Source of the DNA: Chiloscyllium plagiosum
Lineage: Eukaryota
DNA: 64,000 nucleotides
Reading direction: 5' to 3'
Assembly (NCBI RefSeq): GCF_004010195.1
Contig: NC_057718.1
Span: 57,859,375 to 57,923,374 of the forward strand
Shown here: in pieces, positions 30,955-44,499 of the stretch
Position numbering within the stretch: position 1 is the first letter of the stretch
Layout: every line of letters begins with the position of its first letter
Made by a program: the position numbers and the translations under genes
Notes under the pieces: generated by a model
Seen by the model: only the letters and a program-made list of their open reading frames with translations
Databases searched by the model: none
Told to the model about the DNA's origin: nothing

Positions 30955-33383
30955 TTATGGTGGCTCAATGGTTGGGACCTAGGTTCGATTCCAGCCTCAG
31001 ATGACTGTCTGTGTGGGGTTTGCACATTCTTCCCGTGTCTGTGTGGGTTTCCTCCCACAATCCAAAGATGTGCATGTTATGATGAATTGGCCCTGCTAAA
31101 TTGCATATGGCGTTCAGGGATGTGTAGGTTAGGTGCATTAGTCAGGGGAAATGCAAAATAATATGGTAGGGGAATGGGTCTGGTTGGGATACTCTTCAGA
31201 AGATCATAGAACTAGAACATAGAACAATACAGCGCAGAACAAGCCCTTTGGCTCTTGATGTTGCGCTGATCTGTGAACTAATCTAAGCTCATCCCCCTAC
31301 ACTATCCCATCATCATCCATGTGCTTATCCAAGGATTGTTAAAATTTCCCTAATGTGGCTGAGTTAACTACATTGGCAGGCAGGACATTCCACGCCCTTA
31401 CCACTCTCTGAATAAAGAACCTGCCTCTGACATCTGTCTTAAATCTATCATCCCTCAATTTGCAGTTATGCCACCTCATACAAGCTGACATCATCATCCT
31501 AGGAAAAAGACTTTCGCTCTCTACCCTATCTAATTCTCTGATCATCTTGTATGTCTCTATCAAATCGCATCTTAGCCATCTTCTTTCCAATGAGAACAAA
31601 CCCAAGTCTCTCATCCTTTCCTCATAAGACCTTCACTCCAGACCAGGCAACATCTGGTAAATCTCCTCTGCACCTTATCCAATGCTTCCACATCCTTCCT
31701 GAATGGGGTGACCAGAACTGTACACAATATTCCACGTGCGGCCGCACTAGCGTTTTGATTGTTGCAGCATGACATTATGGCTCCGCAACTCAATCCCTCT
31801 ACCAATGAAACCTAACACACCGTATGCCTAACAGTACTATCAACCTGGGGGCAACTTAAGAGATCTATGTACATGGACTCCAAGATCCCCCTGCACATCC
31901 ACACTACCAAGAATCTTTTCATTGACCCAGTTTCCTGCCTTCCTGTTATTCTTCCCAAAGTGCATCACCTCACATTTGGCTGCACTGAACTCCAATTGCC
32001 ACCTCTCAGCCCAATTCTGCAGTTTATCCAAGTCCCCCTGCAACCTGCAACATTCTTCCACACTGTCCACTACTCCACCAAATTTAGTGTCATCTGCAAA
32101 TTTACTAATCCATCCACCTATGTCTGCGTCTAAGTCATTTATACAAATGACCAACAGCAGTGGTCCCAAAACAGATCCTTGTGGCACACCACTAGTAACC
32201 AGACTCTAGGCTGAATATTTTCCATCAACCACCACTCGCTGCCTTCTTACAGAAAGCCAGTTTCTAATCCAAACTGCTAAATCACCTTCAATTCCATGCC
32301 TCCCCAACAGCTTACCACGTGGAACCTTATCAAAGGCTTTACTGAAGTCCATGTACACCATGACAACTGCCCTACCCTCATTTACATGCTTGGTCACCTT
32401 CTCAAAAAATTCAATGAGGTTTGTGAAACATGACCTGCCCGTGACGGAACCATGTTGACTATCTGAAATCAAATTGTTGCTTGCTAGATGATTATAAATC
32501 CTATCTCTTATAATCCTTTCCAAAACTTCTCCTACAACAGACGTAAGGCTCACTGGTCTATAATTACCTTAGTCATTTCTGCTGCCCTTCTTGAACAAGG
32601 GCACAACATTTGCAATCACCCAGTCCTCTGGTACTAAAACTGTAGACAATGATGACTCAAAGATCAAAGCCAAAGGCTCCGCCATTTCCTCCCTAGTTTC
32701 CCAGAGAATCTTTGGATAAATCCCATCGGCCCAGGGCACTTGTCTACTTTCACTCCTTCTTGAATTGATAACACCTCCTCCTGACTAACCTCAATCCTTT
32801 CTGATCTAACATCTCGTATCTCATTCTTTTCCTCTACAATATTCTCCTTTCACTGAGTGAAACCCGATGAGAAATATTCATTTAGCACCTCTCGATCTCC
32901 ACAGGGTCCACACACAACTTCCCACTTCTGTCTTTGACTGGCCCTATTTCTACCCTAGTCATCATTTTATTCCTCACATACCGATAGAAAGCTTTAGGGT
33001 TCTCCTTTATTCTACCTGCTAAAGACTGCTCATGTCCTTTCTTTGCTCATTTTAACTCTCTCTTTAAATCTTTCCTAGCTAATCTGTAACCATCCATTGC
33101 CTCATCTGAACTATTTCGCCCCATTGTCACATAAGCCTTCTTCTTCAGCTTAACAAGAGATGCAACTTCTGTGTAAACCACGGTTCCCTTACCTTATCAC
33201 TTCCTCCCTGCCTGACAGGGACATACCTATCAAAGACACACAATATCTGTTCCTTAAACCAGTTCCACATTTCGATTGTCCCCATTCCCTGTATTTTGCT
33301 ACCCCATTCTATGCATCTAAGTCTTGTCTAATGTTTAGTCAGTGTGATTTGTTGGGCCAAATGTAGGGATGCTATGATTCTAT
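30955..33383 (+). mobile_element. HE1-like SINE split by a ~2.1-kb CR1 insertion
   Basis: SINE head and body at 30955-31200; SINE 3' remnant gtcagtgtgatttgttgggccaaatgtagggatgctatgattcta at ~33337-33383. Confidence 0.7.
31204..33332 (-). mobile_element. CR1 LINE ORF2 (RT), 5'-truncated, relatively young
   Basis: PQGSVLGPLLL...SKFADDTK; SLTSVVGEVLERII...VYMDFSKAFDKV; frameshifted. Confidence 0.95.
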
Positions 33384-33411
33384 AGTGTTGTTTTCAGAAC
33401 CTAATCCAGAG

Positions 33412-33625
33412 GTCAACCATGACTCAATTGGCAGCACTCATACCTCTAAGTCTCAAGGATGCATCTGAATTTAGAGTTTGAGCACAGACAGAGCTCAGGG
33501 CGGATCCACTAGTCTGGTCGTGAGGATGTGCTACAAATACATTTATTTTGATGAGCCATTAAACTGAGGACACACCTGGGTTCTCAGGAGGATCTAAAAA
33601 GATTCTAGGACTGTATTTCAAAGAA
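33412..33625 (+). mobile_element. Deu-type tRNA-SINE 5' part (a Deu-like 3' part lies at ~39040-39170)
   Basis: catgactcaattggcagcactc head; ttgatgagccattaaactgagg; the distal piece ends aaatgcaagtctttt. Confidence 0.5.
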
Positions 33626-33925
33626 ACTAGAGGGCATAGGTTCAGGGTGAGAGGGGAAAGATATAAAAGAGACCTAAGGGGCAACCTTTTCACACAGAGG
33701 GTGGTATGTGCATGGATTGAGCTGCCAGGGTAAGTTTGGAGACTAGTACAATTGCAATGTTTAAAAGGCATTTGGATGGGCATATGAAAAGGAAGGGTTT
33801 GAAGGGATATGGGCTGGGTGCTGGCAGGTGGGACTAGATCGGGTTGGGATATCTGATCGGCATGGACGGGTTGGACCGAAGGGTCTGTTCCCGTGCTGTA
33901 CATCTCTATGACTCGGTGACTCTAA
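33626..33925 (+). mobile_element. CR1 3' fragment
   Basis: aactagagggcatagg...ggaccgaagggtctgttcccgtgctgtacatctctatgactc. Confidence 0.9.
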
Positions 33926-34159
33926 AAGCAGGCATGTTAAAATAAAATTGAAGTATTCAAAGGCACAAAAGACTGTTTAATAGATAATTCAATGAAACTA
34001 CTCTGAAACTACTATGACATATGGTTTTTAAAAAGTATTGTTTGAACTTTCATTTCAGAATCAGAAAAGTCAGTTCCATAAAGGACATGACTGGTGAAAA
34101 ATAAAAAAAATGATTCGTAGAAAGCCAGTAACCAAGATGTCTTCTTTACTCATTCAGTG

Positions 34160-37100
34160 TGTAGTGATTGTGTTGAGGTCAGCCAACTGGACTTCATAGG
34201 ATATGAGTTCCCTGATTGGGCTGTTAGCCTGGTCGAAACAGGGAGCCCTAGCTGTCCGATAAAAAGGGGAGTGTCAGAGATGTTGACACTATGGTAGCTG
34301 ACTCTGGATGAGCAAGTACTTAAGTCAAGGACTGTTCATGTGTAAATAAAGGGAGACTTGGTGACAGATACTGGCCTCTGTAGAGGTATTTCAGTGGCAA
34401 CAGGAGTTAAGCACAATTCTGAAGAGCCTCACTCACAATGGCTGACTTTGAGTTCGGGTAAGCGTTTCTTACATCATGCCTTTGTTTGAAAGCTTGACCT
34501 GTTTGGCCCTGCCATTGAGGAGTGGGCCCAGCATGTGGGAAAAATGCGTTATTTTTTCCGGGCTAATGCTCTTGTGGCAGACAAAAAAGAACAATGTGTA
34601 ATTCTTCTGACAGCCTGTGGAGCTGCAGCTTTTTTTGTTATCAGGAGTCTATATTCCCTGAGGCACCAGACATTAACCTTTCAAGAATTGATGGACATAG
34701 TTAAAGAATATTATGATCCTAAACCTCCTCTAGTTCTGAGATGCTATTGTTTTTACTTGGCTTTTAGAGAATCAGAGGAATCCCTTTCGGGATTTTTGAC
34801 AAGGTTGAGATGACCAGCAGGAGCCTGTGATTTTGGCTTAACCTTTAATGAGATACTTAGAGACCATTTGGTATATGGAATTAATGATTTCACTGTGCAA
34901 AAACACCTACTAGCTGAAGTCCAACTGGATTCAAACAGGTGATACAACTGGATTTTATCATTGGAAAATGCAGCAAGTGGAGCACATGAGTTGCAGAGCA
35001 TTCCAATGGAAGTGGACACTCTGGTCAGTCTGACTGAGCATGGGGAACACAAGCTGAGTGAAGGCAATTGCATAGCCTCACTTAGAAGATATTCTGATTA
35101 GAGGGACTCTCGGTCAGCCCACAGGAAAAACCCCAAAACAAAGTCAAGCCTCAGCCAAACAGTTAAAATTTTCTTCAAGATCCTGGCTGGCAAGCCATTG
35201 TAGTTGCTGCTGGTATGCAGACTCAAGAGAGCTGACAAGTCCTACTGGACTTAAACTGAGTAAAGTAGCCAACATCGACCAGCATCCAGGAGAGCTCATA
35301 CCCTGGAAAGTCCACCCATATCTGGTTTAGAACAGTTAAATTACTTAGCAACCACAAAATCAGAACCAATCAAAATAAATATCTGTTTAAGTGGTTCTAA
35401 TGGAGGTTGATATCAGTATGACTCTAATTAGTGATCACAGAACCAGTATTTTTTAACATAATTTGCTTTGGACTTTGCCCCTTAACTTTGTGCAAGACCT
35501 TGACTAGGCTGAGAACCAATGCCGGGGAACCTTTAAAGAGTAAGTGTACAACTTTAGTTCTGGTCTCTTATGAGAAGCAGCTGGTTTAGTTACCAGTGAT
35601 AGGAGCAAAAGATTCAGGCCCAAGCTGTATGGGACAACATTGGTTGTAAGAGATTCACCAAGATTCACACAACATTTTTCAATTATAAGATGGCTGCCCG
35701 GGTGAAGTCCTATTTAAATACTCAGGTATCTTCCAGGAATGTCCAGGGACTATCAGAAGAGCCAAGGCCACTTTGTATGTTTACTAGGAAGCAATCCCAC
35801 GATTCTGCAAGGTCCACCCTGTGTCCTTGTCTTATAGGCAAAAGTAGAGACAGAAATGAGAAGGCTAGAGAGTGAAGGAATCATCAAACCAGTCCAGTTT
35901 GCGGAATGGGCAACACCGGTTGTACCGATTTGTAGGGATTTTAAACAAACGGTAATAATTTTATACAGCTAGATAAATATCCAATCCCTCGTACAGGGGA
36001 TTTATACACAAAGCCATAGCTTTCAGTGACATAAAGAAACAGCTATCATCCTCTACGGTGTTGGCACACATTGATCCCAAGAAAAATCTGATATTGACAT
36101 ATGATGCTTCCCTATTCAGCATTCAGCATTAGCTCAAAGGTGCCCAGTGAAGAGGTGTGCCCAATGGCATATACATTCAGCACTTTGGCTAATGCAAAGC
36201 ATAAATATGCGCAGACAGAGAAGAAAGGTTTGGCAGTCATATTTGGAGTAAATAAGTCCCACCAATACCTTTATGACCAAACGTTTGTGATAATCATGGA
36301 TGATAAACCCCTACCTGGCCTGCTCAAAGAGGACAAGGCAGTGCTGCCCATAGCGTCGGGCAGCATTCAGTGGTGGGCTCTAATAACTCAGTGTATATAG
36401 TTACAAATTTGAATACTGGCTGGGAGGCTGAGCATTGAACTTGGATGCATTGAGCTGCCTCCCATTAGCAGATACCCACTGTGGTACTGCCAACGGAAAA
36501 CCCTGTAATGATGTTACATTTTCCGGAATCGCTCCCAGTCACAATTGACAATGTCAGACTTTGGATGCAGAAAGATCCAGTCCTTTCAAAGCTGAAACAA
36601 CTGGCTGTGATTGGGGAAGCCAAAAGGCTATTACACCTAGAATTGAAACCACAAAACCGTTTTTGGACCAGGAGAGACCAGATCACAGTAGAGGATGACA
36701 TATTGTGTTCGGGAGCAAGAGCGCTTGCCCTGAGCAAAGATTGCCGCCAGATACTGGCTGAACTCCACCAGGGTCATCCAGGGGTTTCCAAAATGAAGAT
36801 GTTGGCGAGAGGTTATGTCTGGTGGCCAGGACTGGATGCAGACATAGCTGCATTGGTGGGGCAACATGCAGAGTGCCAACAAGGACAAAACGTACTGCCA
36901 GGAGCTCCCCCACATCCATTGGAATAGCTGCGTAAATCCTGGACTCAATTACACAGCGACTATGCAGGTCCTTCCATGGGTTCTTCGTCATTATTGTGGA
37001 AAGTACGTTCATAACCCGGCATCTTTGCATCAACTCTTTAAAGAAGGGTCAGTCTTGGAAATAGTCAGATAGACAAGCTCGAGCTTTCAGTGAATTAGAG

Positions 37101-38404
37101 AAACTATTATCATCCTCTAAGACGTCGGCACACTATGATCCCAAGAAAAATGTGCTATTGACATGCGATGCGTCCCTGGACAGCACTGGGGTGGTATTAG
37201 CTCAAAGGTGGCCCAATGAAGAGATATTTTTAAATGTCCACTCAAAGTGGTTGGATGTGCATAAAGCCCATCATCAAACATGTGGATGACGATAGAAAAG
37301 CTGCACATATGTTTTTCAACAAACATATTTCCTGGAAGTGTTGGTCACAGATAATAGGCCATTGTTTACCAACAGGGAACTTGAATATTTCTTAAAGTCG
37401 AATGACAGTTCATACTACCCATCATCCAAAGGTCTGGCAGAAAAACTTTGAAGGCTGGATTGAAGAACAGCCTACTGCTTCTTTAGATACCAAGTTGTCA
37501 TGGTTCTTGTTGATTATAGGACCACACAATTGTAACTGCAGGGATGACACTGGCAGAGTTGCTAATGGGTGAAGACTCTGCACCAGGTTAAGTCTGATCT
37601 TCCCAGACCTGGTAGGGGGAGGGTGAAATAGCATCAGGAAGACTAGTGTCAGACACAGGACTCCACGAAGCAGGAGAGACAGTTTAATATGGGGGACAAA
37701 GTCTGGTGTAAGAATCACAGGAGGCCCTGCATGGATAAGAGGCAGAATTTACATGAGGTCAGGACCAGTGATGTATAAAGTTCAGGTAAGTCCAATGGAC
37801 CTGAACAAGCCTTTGGACCATTTGAAAGCCATAAATTCACAACCAGTGCGGGAGCAAAATGTGACCTGCCGCTCGGCATAGTTGGAAAGGATATTGGAGT
37901 CTGTGGGCTCAATCTCACTGTCAAGCATTGTCAAGCCCTCAGAATCTGAGGTAGACATGATGGATGTAGCCACCTCGATGACTTTGCCACCAGAAGAAGA
38001 AAGTGAAATTCTACTGAGGCCCTCCTGGAGCAAGAGGCGAACTCCTCTGTGTTTCACACTGCCTGTATCAGATGTCGAGTCAGAGGAACCTGACCTGGTG
38101 CTGAACTGCTCCGGAAAGCTCTCCAAGGAAAACGACTGGCCTTTGTCCTTGGATTCGGAAGGGGAAGGATATAGTGATTGTAACAAGGTCAGCCAGCTGG
38201 ATCTCACCGAATGTGAGCTCCCTGACTGGGGCTGTTAATCTGATCCAATCAGGGAGCTCCAGCTGTAATATGAAAAGGGGAGTGCCAGAGATGCTGACAC
38301 TCTGGTAGCTGATTCTGAATGAGGCAGTACTAAAGTCAAGGACTGTTCATATATAAGTAAAGGGAGACTTAGTGATGGATATAGGCCTCTGTGGAGTTAT
38401 TTCT
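34160..38404 (+). mobile_element. Gypsy/Ty3 LTR retrotransposon with both LTRs, internally deleted and decayed
   Basis: 5' LTR 34160-34393 (tgtagtgattg...tttca) then PBS-like tggcaac; PPT ggaaggggaagga before the 3' LTR at 38170-38404; gag ILLTACG...FYLAFRE; RNase H YAQTEKKGLAVIFGV; integrase LHQGHPGVSKMKMLARGYVWWPGLD. Confidence 0.93.
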
Positions 38405-38629
38405 ATGGGGTGGGCTAACATTTACTGTTGATCCCTAATTGCCCTTGAGAAAATGGTAGTGAGCTGTCTTCTTGAACTGCTGCAGTCCTTGTGGTGCAAA
38501 TACACCCACAATGCTGTTAGGGAGGGACCTGCACAAATTAGACCTGGTGTCAGCTGAAGAACAATGATATGTTTTCAAATTGGGACAGTGAATGGCTTGG
38601 AGAGGAACTTGTAATTAGTACAATATGCA

Positions 38630-38812
38630 ATGACTGAGGTGGCAGGGAAGATTGACAGGTGGGACAGTTCAAGAGGGTGGTGCCAAGTGGAAGATTGGAT
38701 TTGGGATAAGGTGGGAGTTGGGGAAATGAGGAAACTGGTGAAGTGAACATTAATCCCATGTGGTTTGACGGTCCCAATGTGGAAGATGAAGCATTCTTCC
38801 TCCAGATGTCAA
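38630..38812 (-). mobile_element. Penelope-like fragment
   Basis: Paralogous to 10920-11085 and 19945-20115. Confidence 0.75.
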
Positions 38813-39529
38813 TACTGGGATATGCAATTCAAAGCTGAAAAAAATGTTGCCATATCCCCGAGTTATACTATGTTACAAATAAAACAGTAAGTCTTATAAA
38901 AATGTTTACAATACTTAAGGATACTTACACTACTAGTATCCCTGAACCTCGCAGAAGACTTAGGACAGATCTAAATCTCTGCCATATTTCCTTGATTGTA
39001 GCAATAAGTACATTACAAAAACAGACAAAAATGATCAAACTGCTGTTTGTAGGAGTTTGCTGAGCACATCTTGGCTACTATGATTTCAGCACTTCAACAG
39101 TGAGTACATTTCGGAAGTACTTTATGTCTGGTGATCATGAAAATTGGATATAAATGCAAGTCTTTTTTTAAAGTTCTCCCTTTGCAATATACAGTCGGCC
39201 TGCATCTCCTCCCATCTTCTCCTTGGTGTGCACTGAGTACTCATTTATATGCTTTATCAGTCTCCTGAAACCTTTAACTGTGGTTTTACTGTCCACTTAC
39301 CATCTGACATCAGGATATGTTTACAACAAAATTTCTTCAGGCTAAACATTTGCAAGACTGAAACCATCCTTACCAAAAACTATGCTTCTTAGTTCTTAAA
39401 TTCACATGCACTAAACTCAATAGTTTGCAACTTTAATATCCTTTTTAATCTTCATGTGTTTCAAACCCCATAGTTCATTCCATTCTTCCAGAACATTACT
39501 GGTTTTATTATTAGCTGGAATACTGGGAA

Positions 39530-40030
39530 CCGATCCGGGCACCACACCTTAGGAAGGAGATATTGGCCTCAGAGAAAGTATAAAGCATGCTTACAAGAAT
39601 AATACCTGGACTTCTGGGGTTAAATATCTGAGAGATATTTAAATTAGGCCAATTTTCTCTAGAAATTGAAGGTTAAGGGGTGATCTGATCAAAGTCTTCA
39701 AGCAGATAAACTATTTCCATTGATTGGGGATTTTAGACCTAGGGGACATAGTGTAAAAAATAGGGTCAGACTATTCAGGAGAGATGTTAGGAAGAACATG
39801 TAATCATAAATGACAGTAAATGTTTGGAACTCTTTTCCACAAACAGCAGTGGATACTGAATCAGTTGTTACTTTTAAATCTAAGACAGATACATTTTTGT
39901 TAAGCAATGGCAATAAAGGACATATGCCAGAGGCAGATTATGGAGTTAGGTCACAGATCAGTCATGAACTCATTGAATAGTGGGACTAGATTGAGGGGCT
40001 AAATGGTCTACTCCTGTTCCTATCTTCCTG
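39530..40030 (+). mobile_element. CR1 LINE 3' fragment
   Basis: aggttaaggggtgatctgatcaaagtcttcaag (RLRGDLIKVFK); tail gaggggctaaatggtctactcctgttcct. Confidence 0.85.
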
Positions 40031-42747
40031 AATTTCTATCTCACTATTACAGTCACTGAAGCCAGTTAAAGTTGACATTACCAATAGTCATATTGCTAGC
40101 ATCCAGATATACAACTTATATAGAATAGTCTGCCCAGTTCTTCAAATAGCTCCTTGATTAACCTATCCTTTTCAATATATACTGCCACCACATTTTCCAA
40201 TATACTCATTTCAATCTGGGTCCTCCATATATCACTTGACCTTGCGTCAATGCTTTCCCCCCAATTCTGAATTCCCGGGTTAAATCCCCTAATATTTTGA
40301 ATCTCATTGCACATGTGCCTACCTTTACCAAGCTGTGCCACTGTCGGAAAAGCCTTTGGCCATCAATTCCTGTTCTTTGAAGCTTTCTTACTAAATCTAT
40401 CCCACCCCCATCTGTAATATTAAAAACCTATAGGAGCCTCTTCAAAGCACATTGATTCCGCTTTTACTTTGATAATGTCCTCAACTCGTGCAATTTCTGC
40501 TTGGTGTCCAAATTGTTCTTTCCACATTCACATGAACACGTTTGATAATTCTCAGCCAATCAATTCTCAGCTGGTTATGTTATTTTAAAAAATTCTGGCA
40601 CAGCATTCCTTATTCTTTGATGCAAGATACATTAATTTCTTCAATAGTTCTGTTTATTTTGCCTACACAGTTTTGTTCACAGGACTAAGAAATCCTTTCT
40701 GTTGCATATCCAAGATACCATAACCCTTGGCCAAGACTGAATCAAATAATCACTTCCACATTACTTAGGCATTTAATTTTGAGATGCGGATCAATCGAAA
40801 CTCCACTGGGGAGATCTTTCATTTTGGAGCCAAATTATGAACTAACACACCCCAGACGGTGGCTTTAAAGGCAGGTTGGTGGATGCTGAAAGGGATGTTA
40901 AATCCAGTGGATGGCCTGTTTGCTACCTGATTACCCCTGAACCCATCACAATTATACCAGCAATGTGATGGTGTTAGGTGACTGTCAAATGATTGAGAAC
41001 TTAAGTGGGCCTTAATATTTATTGAAGGGCTACGGCCTGCTACCACCTGGATTAACCCAACATCATGAGAAAAGCCTATAGCAGCAGTCAGCTCCACAGG
41101 TTTCCCTGCATGGCTATGGCAATGTCCATTTGTCCCTGACTTAAAAAAGCAATACCTAGACTAACAGAGATTTTCCAAGGAAAGCCAATAAGTGTAATGG
41201 GTATTTGTGTGAGTCTGAACGGTACAGGAAGGTGCCCAGTACTGGAAGGAAAACTTGAAACATCAAGTAAACTGTATAGAAAACTTATGAAATTAACACA
41301 TCTGAAATTTATACTATATGAGAGGCAGTTGGGAAAGTCCCAAAGCCAGCTGAAAACTTGGTGTTTTGGAGAAAAAGATTTAAGGTTTCAAATTGCTTCA
41401 AGATTGGACAGCAAGTCTGAAGCTCAACACATTACTTTCCTCCATAGCTACTCCATTTTAGTACAAGACTGGGGATAAATGAGATATCAGATAATTCAAA
41501 GAGGTCTTCAAAGCCTCTGACAACTATTTCAATCTGAGGAGAAACAAGCCTTTGGAAAGAGCCAAATTCAATGGAAGGCTACAGAAATCAGATGAGTAGA
41601 TAAATGCTTTTATTGTTGACCTTCCAGACTGGTGAAGGATGTGAATGTGGAGACCTAAAAGCAGAATTAGTACAAGACCATATTGCAGTTTTTTTTGTGG
41701 ATGAATCCCAATTATACTGATTCTAGTCTAAGGAAGACCTCATCCGAGGAAAAGCAATACAGCAGTGAGACCAACAGATGTCCTGGACTTCATCCACTCG
41801 ATGTAATTTTTGAGTGGGATAGGAAGCAATGTTCAGAGCAGGACAATACTCAGTTCGTGAAACTGCCAATGACCGCATCCTTCGTTTAACATAGGAATAT
41901 AAAACAAGCATCTGAAAATAAGATACATTTGAGAAGGAAAAGTGTAAGACACCATAAAGCCCTGCATTGCTATGGCACCAAAAAAGACATGCAGGCATGG
42001 ACAGTGTCCTGCAAGCAAATCAGAAGGCTTTCATTTCAGAAACATGGACCATTTTGTAAAGACGTGTCAAATGAAAACCTTCACCTTCACAGTTATGAAA
42101 GGAAAAGTCTCCATGCAATGAGCTATTAACAGAGTTGAAGTATCTTCACCAGAAAAGGAAGCAAAAAAAAAAGGTGAAATCAATAACCTTCATCATGCAT
42201 TCTGGAATGGAGATACATCAATAGATAGATCAGCAATCTTCAACTAGATACTGGAGTGAGTGTATCAATAGTAATCAATACATTGACTTCAACCAACAGC
42301 AGCCCATTTACACGATTGGGGAAGGATTAAGTTAAAAGTCAAGGGGAAGTTACAAGCAACACTCTGGCAACAGAAAAAGGAAAGCAGATATTTGAAATAT
42401 TCATGTTGCATAAAATCAGGAATTTTCTCTTTTAAGTGGACCAGCTTGTAAAGACCACAATCTGATCAGTAAAATGGAAGAGGTTAAGCAGCAAAAATCC
42501 AGGAATCTCTTCAGAAAAGACTTCCCGAATTTATTTAATGTCCAGGAAGGTGCAAGATTAACAATGGCATCACTTTTAAAGAAGATGCCAAACATGTGTG
42601 CCTTTTCATGCCTAGGATGATGCAACACCTGGTCATGAAGAGTCCAACTCCAACTGAAGATATGATCAAAGTGGGAGTCTTTTCTCCTGTTATTAAGTCT
42701 ATAGTTCCTAAATTTAAAAGCACTCTTCACGTTTTTGAAGCTTAAAA

Positions 42748-42948
42748 GGGGCGGTATAGTGGCTCAGTGGTTAGCACTGCTGCCTCGCAGCACCAGGGAC
42801 CCAGGTTTGATTCTCACCTTGGGCGACTGTCTGAGTGGAGTTTGCACATTCTCCCCATGTCCGTGTGCGTTTCCTCCGGGTGCTCCGGTTTCCTCACACA
42901 ATCCAAAGATGTGCAGGTCAGGTGAATTGGTCATGCTAAATTGCCCAT
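42748..42948 (+). mobile_element. HE1-like SINE, 3'-truncated
   Basis: ggggcggtatagtggctcagtggttagcactgctgcctc...gctaaattgcccat. Confidence 0.9.
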
Positions 42949-43532
42949 ACTAATAGCTACTGTCTATTTTGAACCTGCCATTATGCACTTGCTATGAATA
43001 ATGCTCCCTCGGGATTAAATAGAAGTTTCTGAGAACTCAAACTTTCTGTCAAAGCTTCTTCTTGTTGACAATTTAAGATGGCTTTAACCTTCAGGTCATG
43101 TGTATTGACAGAGTGACCATGAACTAAGATATTGTCCATATGACATATTATTCCCTCAAGACCCTATAGTAGCTTTTGGAAAGTCCCTTTGAATGCGAAG
43201 TCAAAATTACTAATGACCTTCATTACCCAATTTGAAAGACTTTGTTTTGATTATTCACCATTCAGTATATTGTTAATGTGAGCAATTTTCCAAAGAAATA
43301 TTTTGAAAATTCTATAGGGTCTTGAGGGAATAATATGTCATATGGACAATATCTTAGTTCATGGTCACTCTGTCAATACACATGACCTGAAGGTTAAAGC
43401 CATCTTAAATTGTCAACAAGAAGAAGCTTTGACAGAAAGTTTGAGTTCTCAGAAACTTCTATTTAATCCCGAGGGAGCATTATTCATAGCAAGTGCATAA
43501 TGGCAGGTTCAAAATAGACAGTAGCTATTAGT
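42949..43532. repeat. Perfect inverted repeat, 221-bp arms (42949-43169 / 43312-43532), 142-bp spacer
   Basis: Base-by-base comparison of the arms showed no mismatch. Confidence 0.95.
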
Positions 43533-44274
43533 GAATTCCAAAACCCTACTTCCTTACAACAGCTTCAAAATTTATTTGGAATTATTAATCAGTTGATAAA
43601 CCTTCTGTTTGACTTACTACATATTATAGAACCCTTAAGAGAGCTATTTAAAAAAAGATGAAACTTGGTGATGGAATGCATATTAGGAGCAGGCATTTCA
43701 AGGCAGCAATGTTGATGGCATCAGTTACCTTAGAACATTATGATACCTCACTACTGACCATGATTACAGCACACACCTCATGGATAGAACTGTGGACAGT
43801 CAACTTTAAGAACAGCCAAATCTCGCTGTCGTAGGTCTCTTGTAATCATTTGGACTTGTGAAAAGTTCTCAGGTTATATAATTGCCTTAAAGGACATCTT
43901 AGAGACAGACTGCAAATCCCTAGCTTTCTTACAGCATGGAAAGTAACACACTAGAATACTTCTGAGAATCCAGATTTTCAGGTTGGGAGCAAGGTGATTC
44001 ACCAGGAAATGATATATGCAAGCTGTAAATGACAGCAGATGAATTATCCAGAGCTACCATTGATCATGCTTCACATCAGGATTTTAAATTTAGGTTTTTA
44101 TTCCCACCTTCCCTGCTACATTGGGTTTACTCTGGATATTAATAAGCAAAGTCAGTTCTAAAATTAGATTAGACCGATTGTTCTTATTAAAGGAAAGTAC
44201 AGCATAAAAAACCCACAAAAGTCTTACTCCCACAGTGTTTACAATCACAAATGAACACTTTTATGTTTTTTAAT

Positions 44275-44499
44275 TGAGAGAGTGGTGCTGGAAAAGCACA
44301 GCAGGTCAGGCAGCATTCAAGGATCAGGAGAATTGATGTTTTGGGCATAAGCCCTTCATCAGGAATCAGGTTCCTGATGAAGGGCTTATGCCCAAAACAT
44401 CGATTCTCCAGCTCCTTGGATACTGCCTGACCTGCTGCGCTTTTCCAGCACCACATTCTCGACTCTGATCTCCAGCATCTGCAGTCCTCACTTTCTCCT
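44275..44499. mobile_element. Inverted pair of Penelope pLTR fragments with target-site duplication
   Basis: ...gcccttcatcaggaa-tcagg-ttcctgatgaagggc...; flanked by cttttatgttttttaat at 44258-44274 and 44500-44517 (T run differs by one base). Confidence 0.85.

Noticed and set aside
34150..38410. Target-site duplication for the two-LTR Gypsy element
   Set aside because: The flanks (agtg left, atgg right) do not give a convincing 4-5 bp match.
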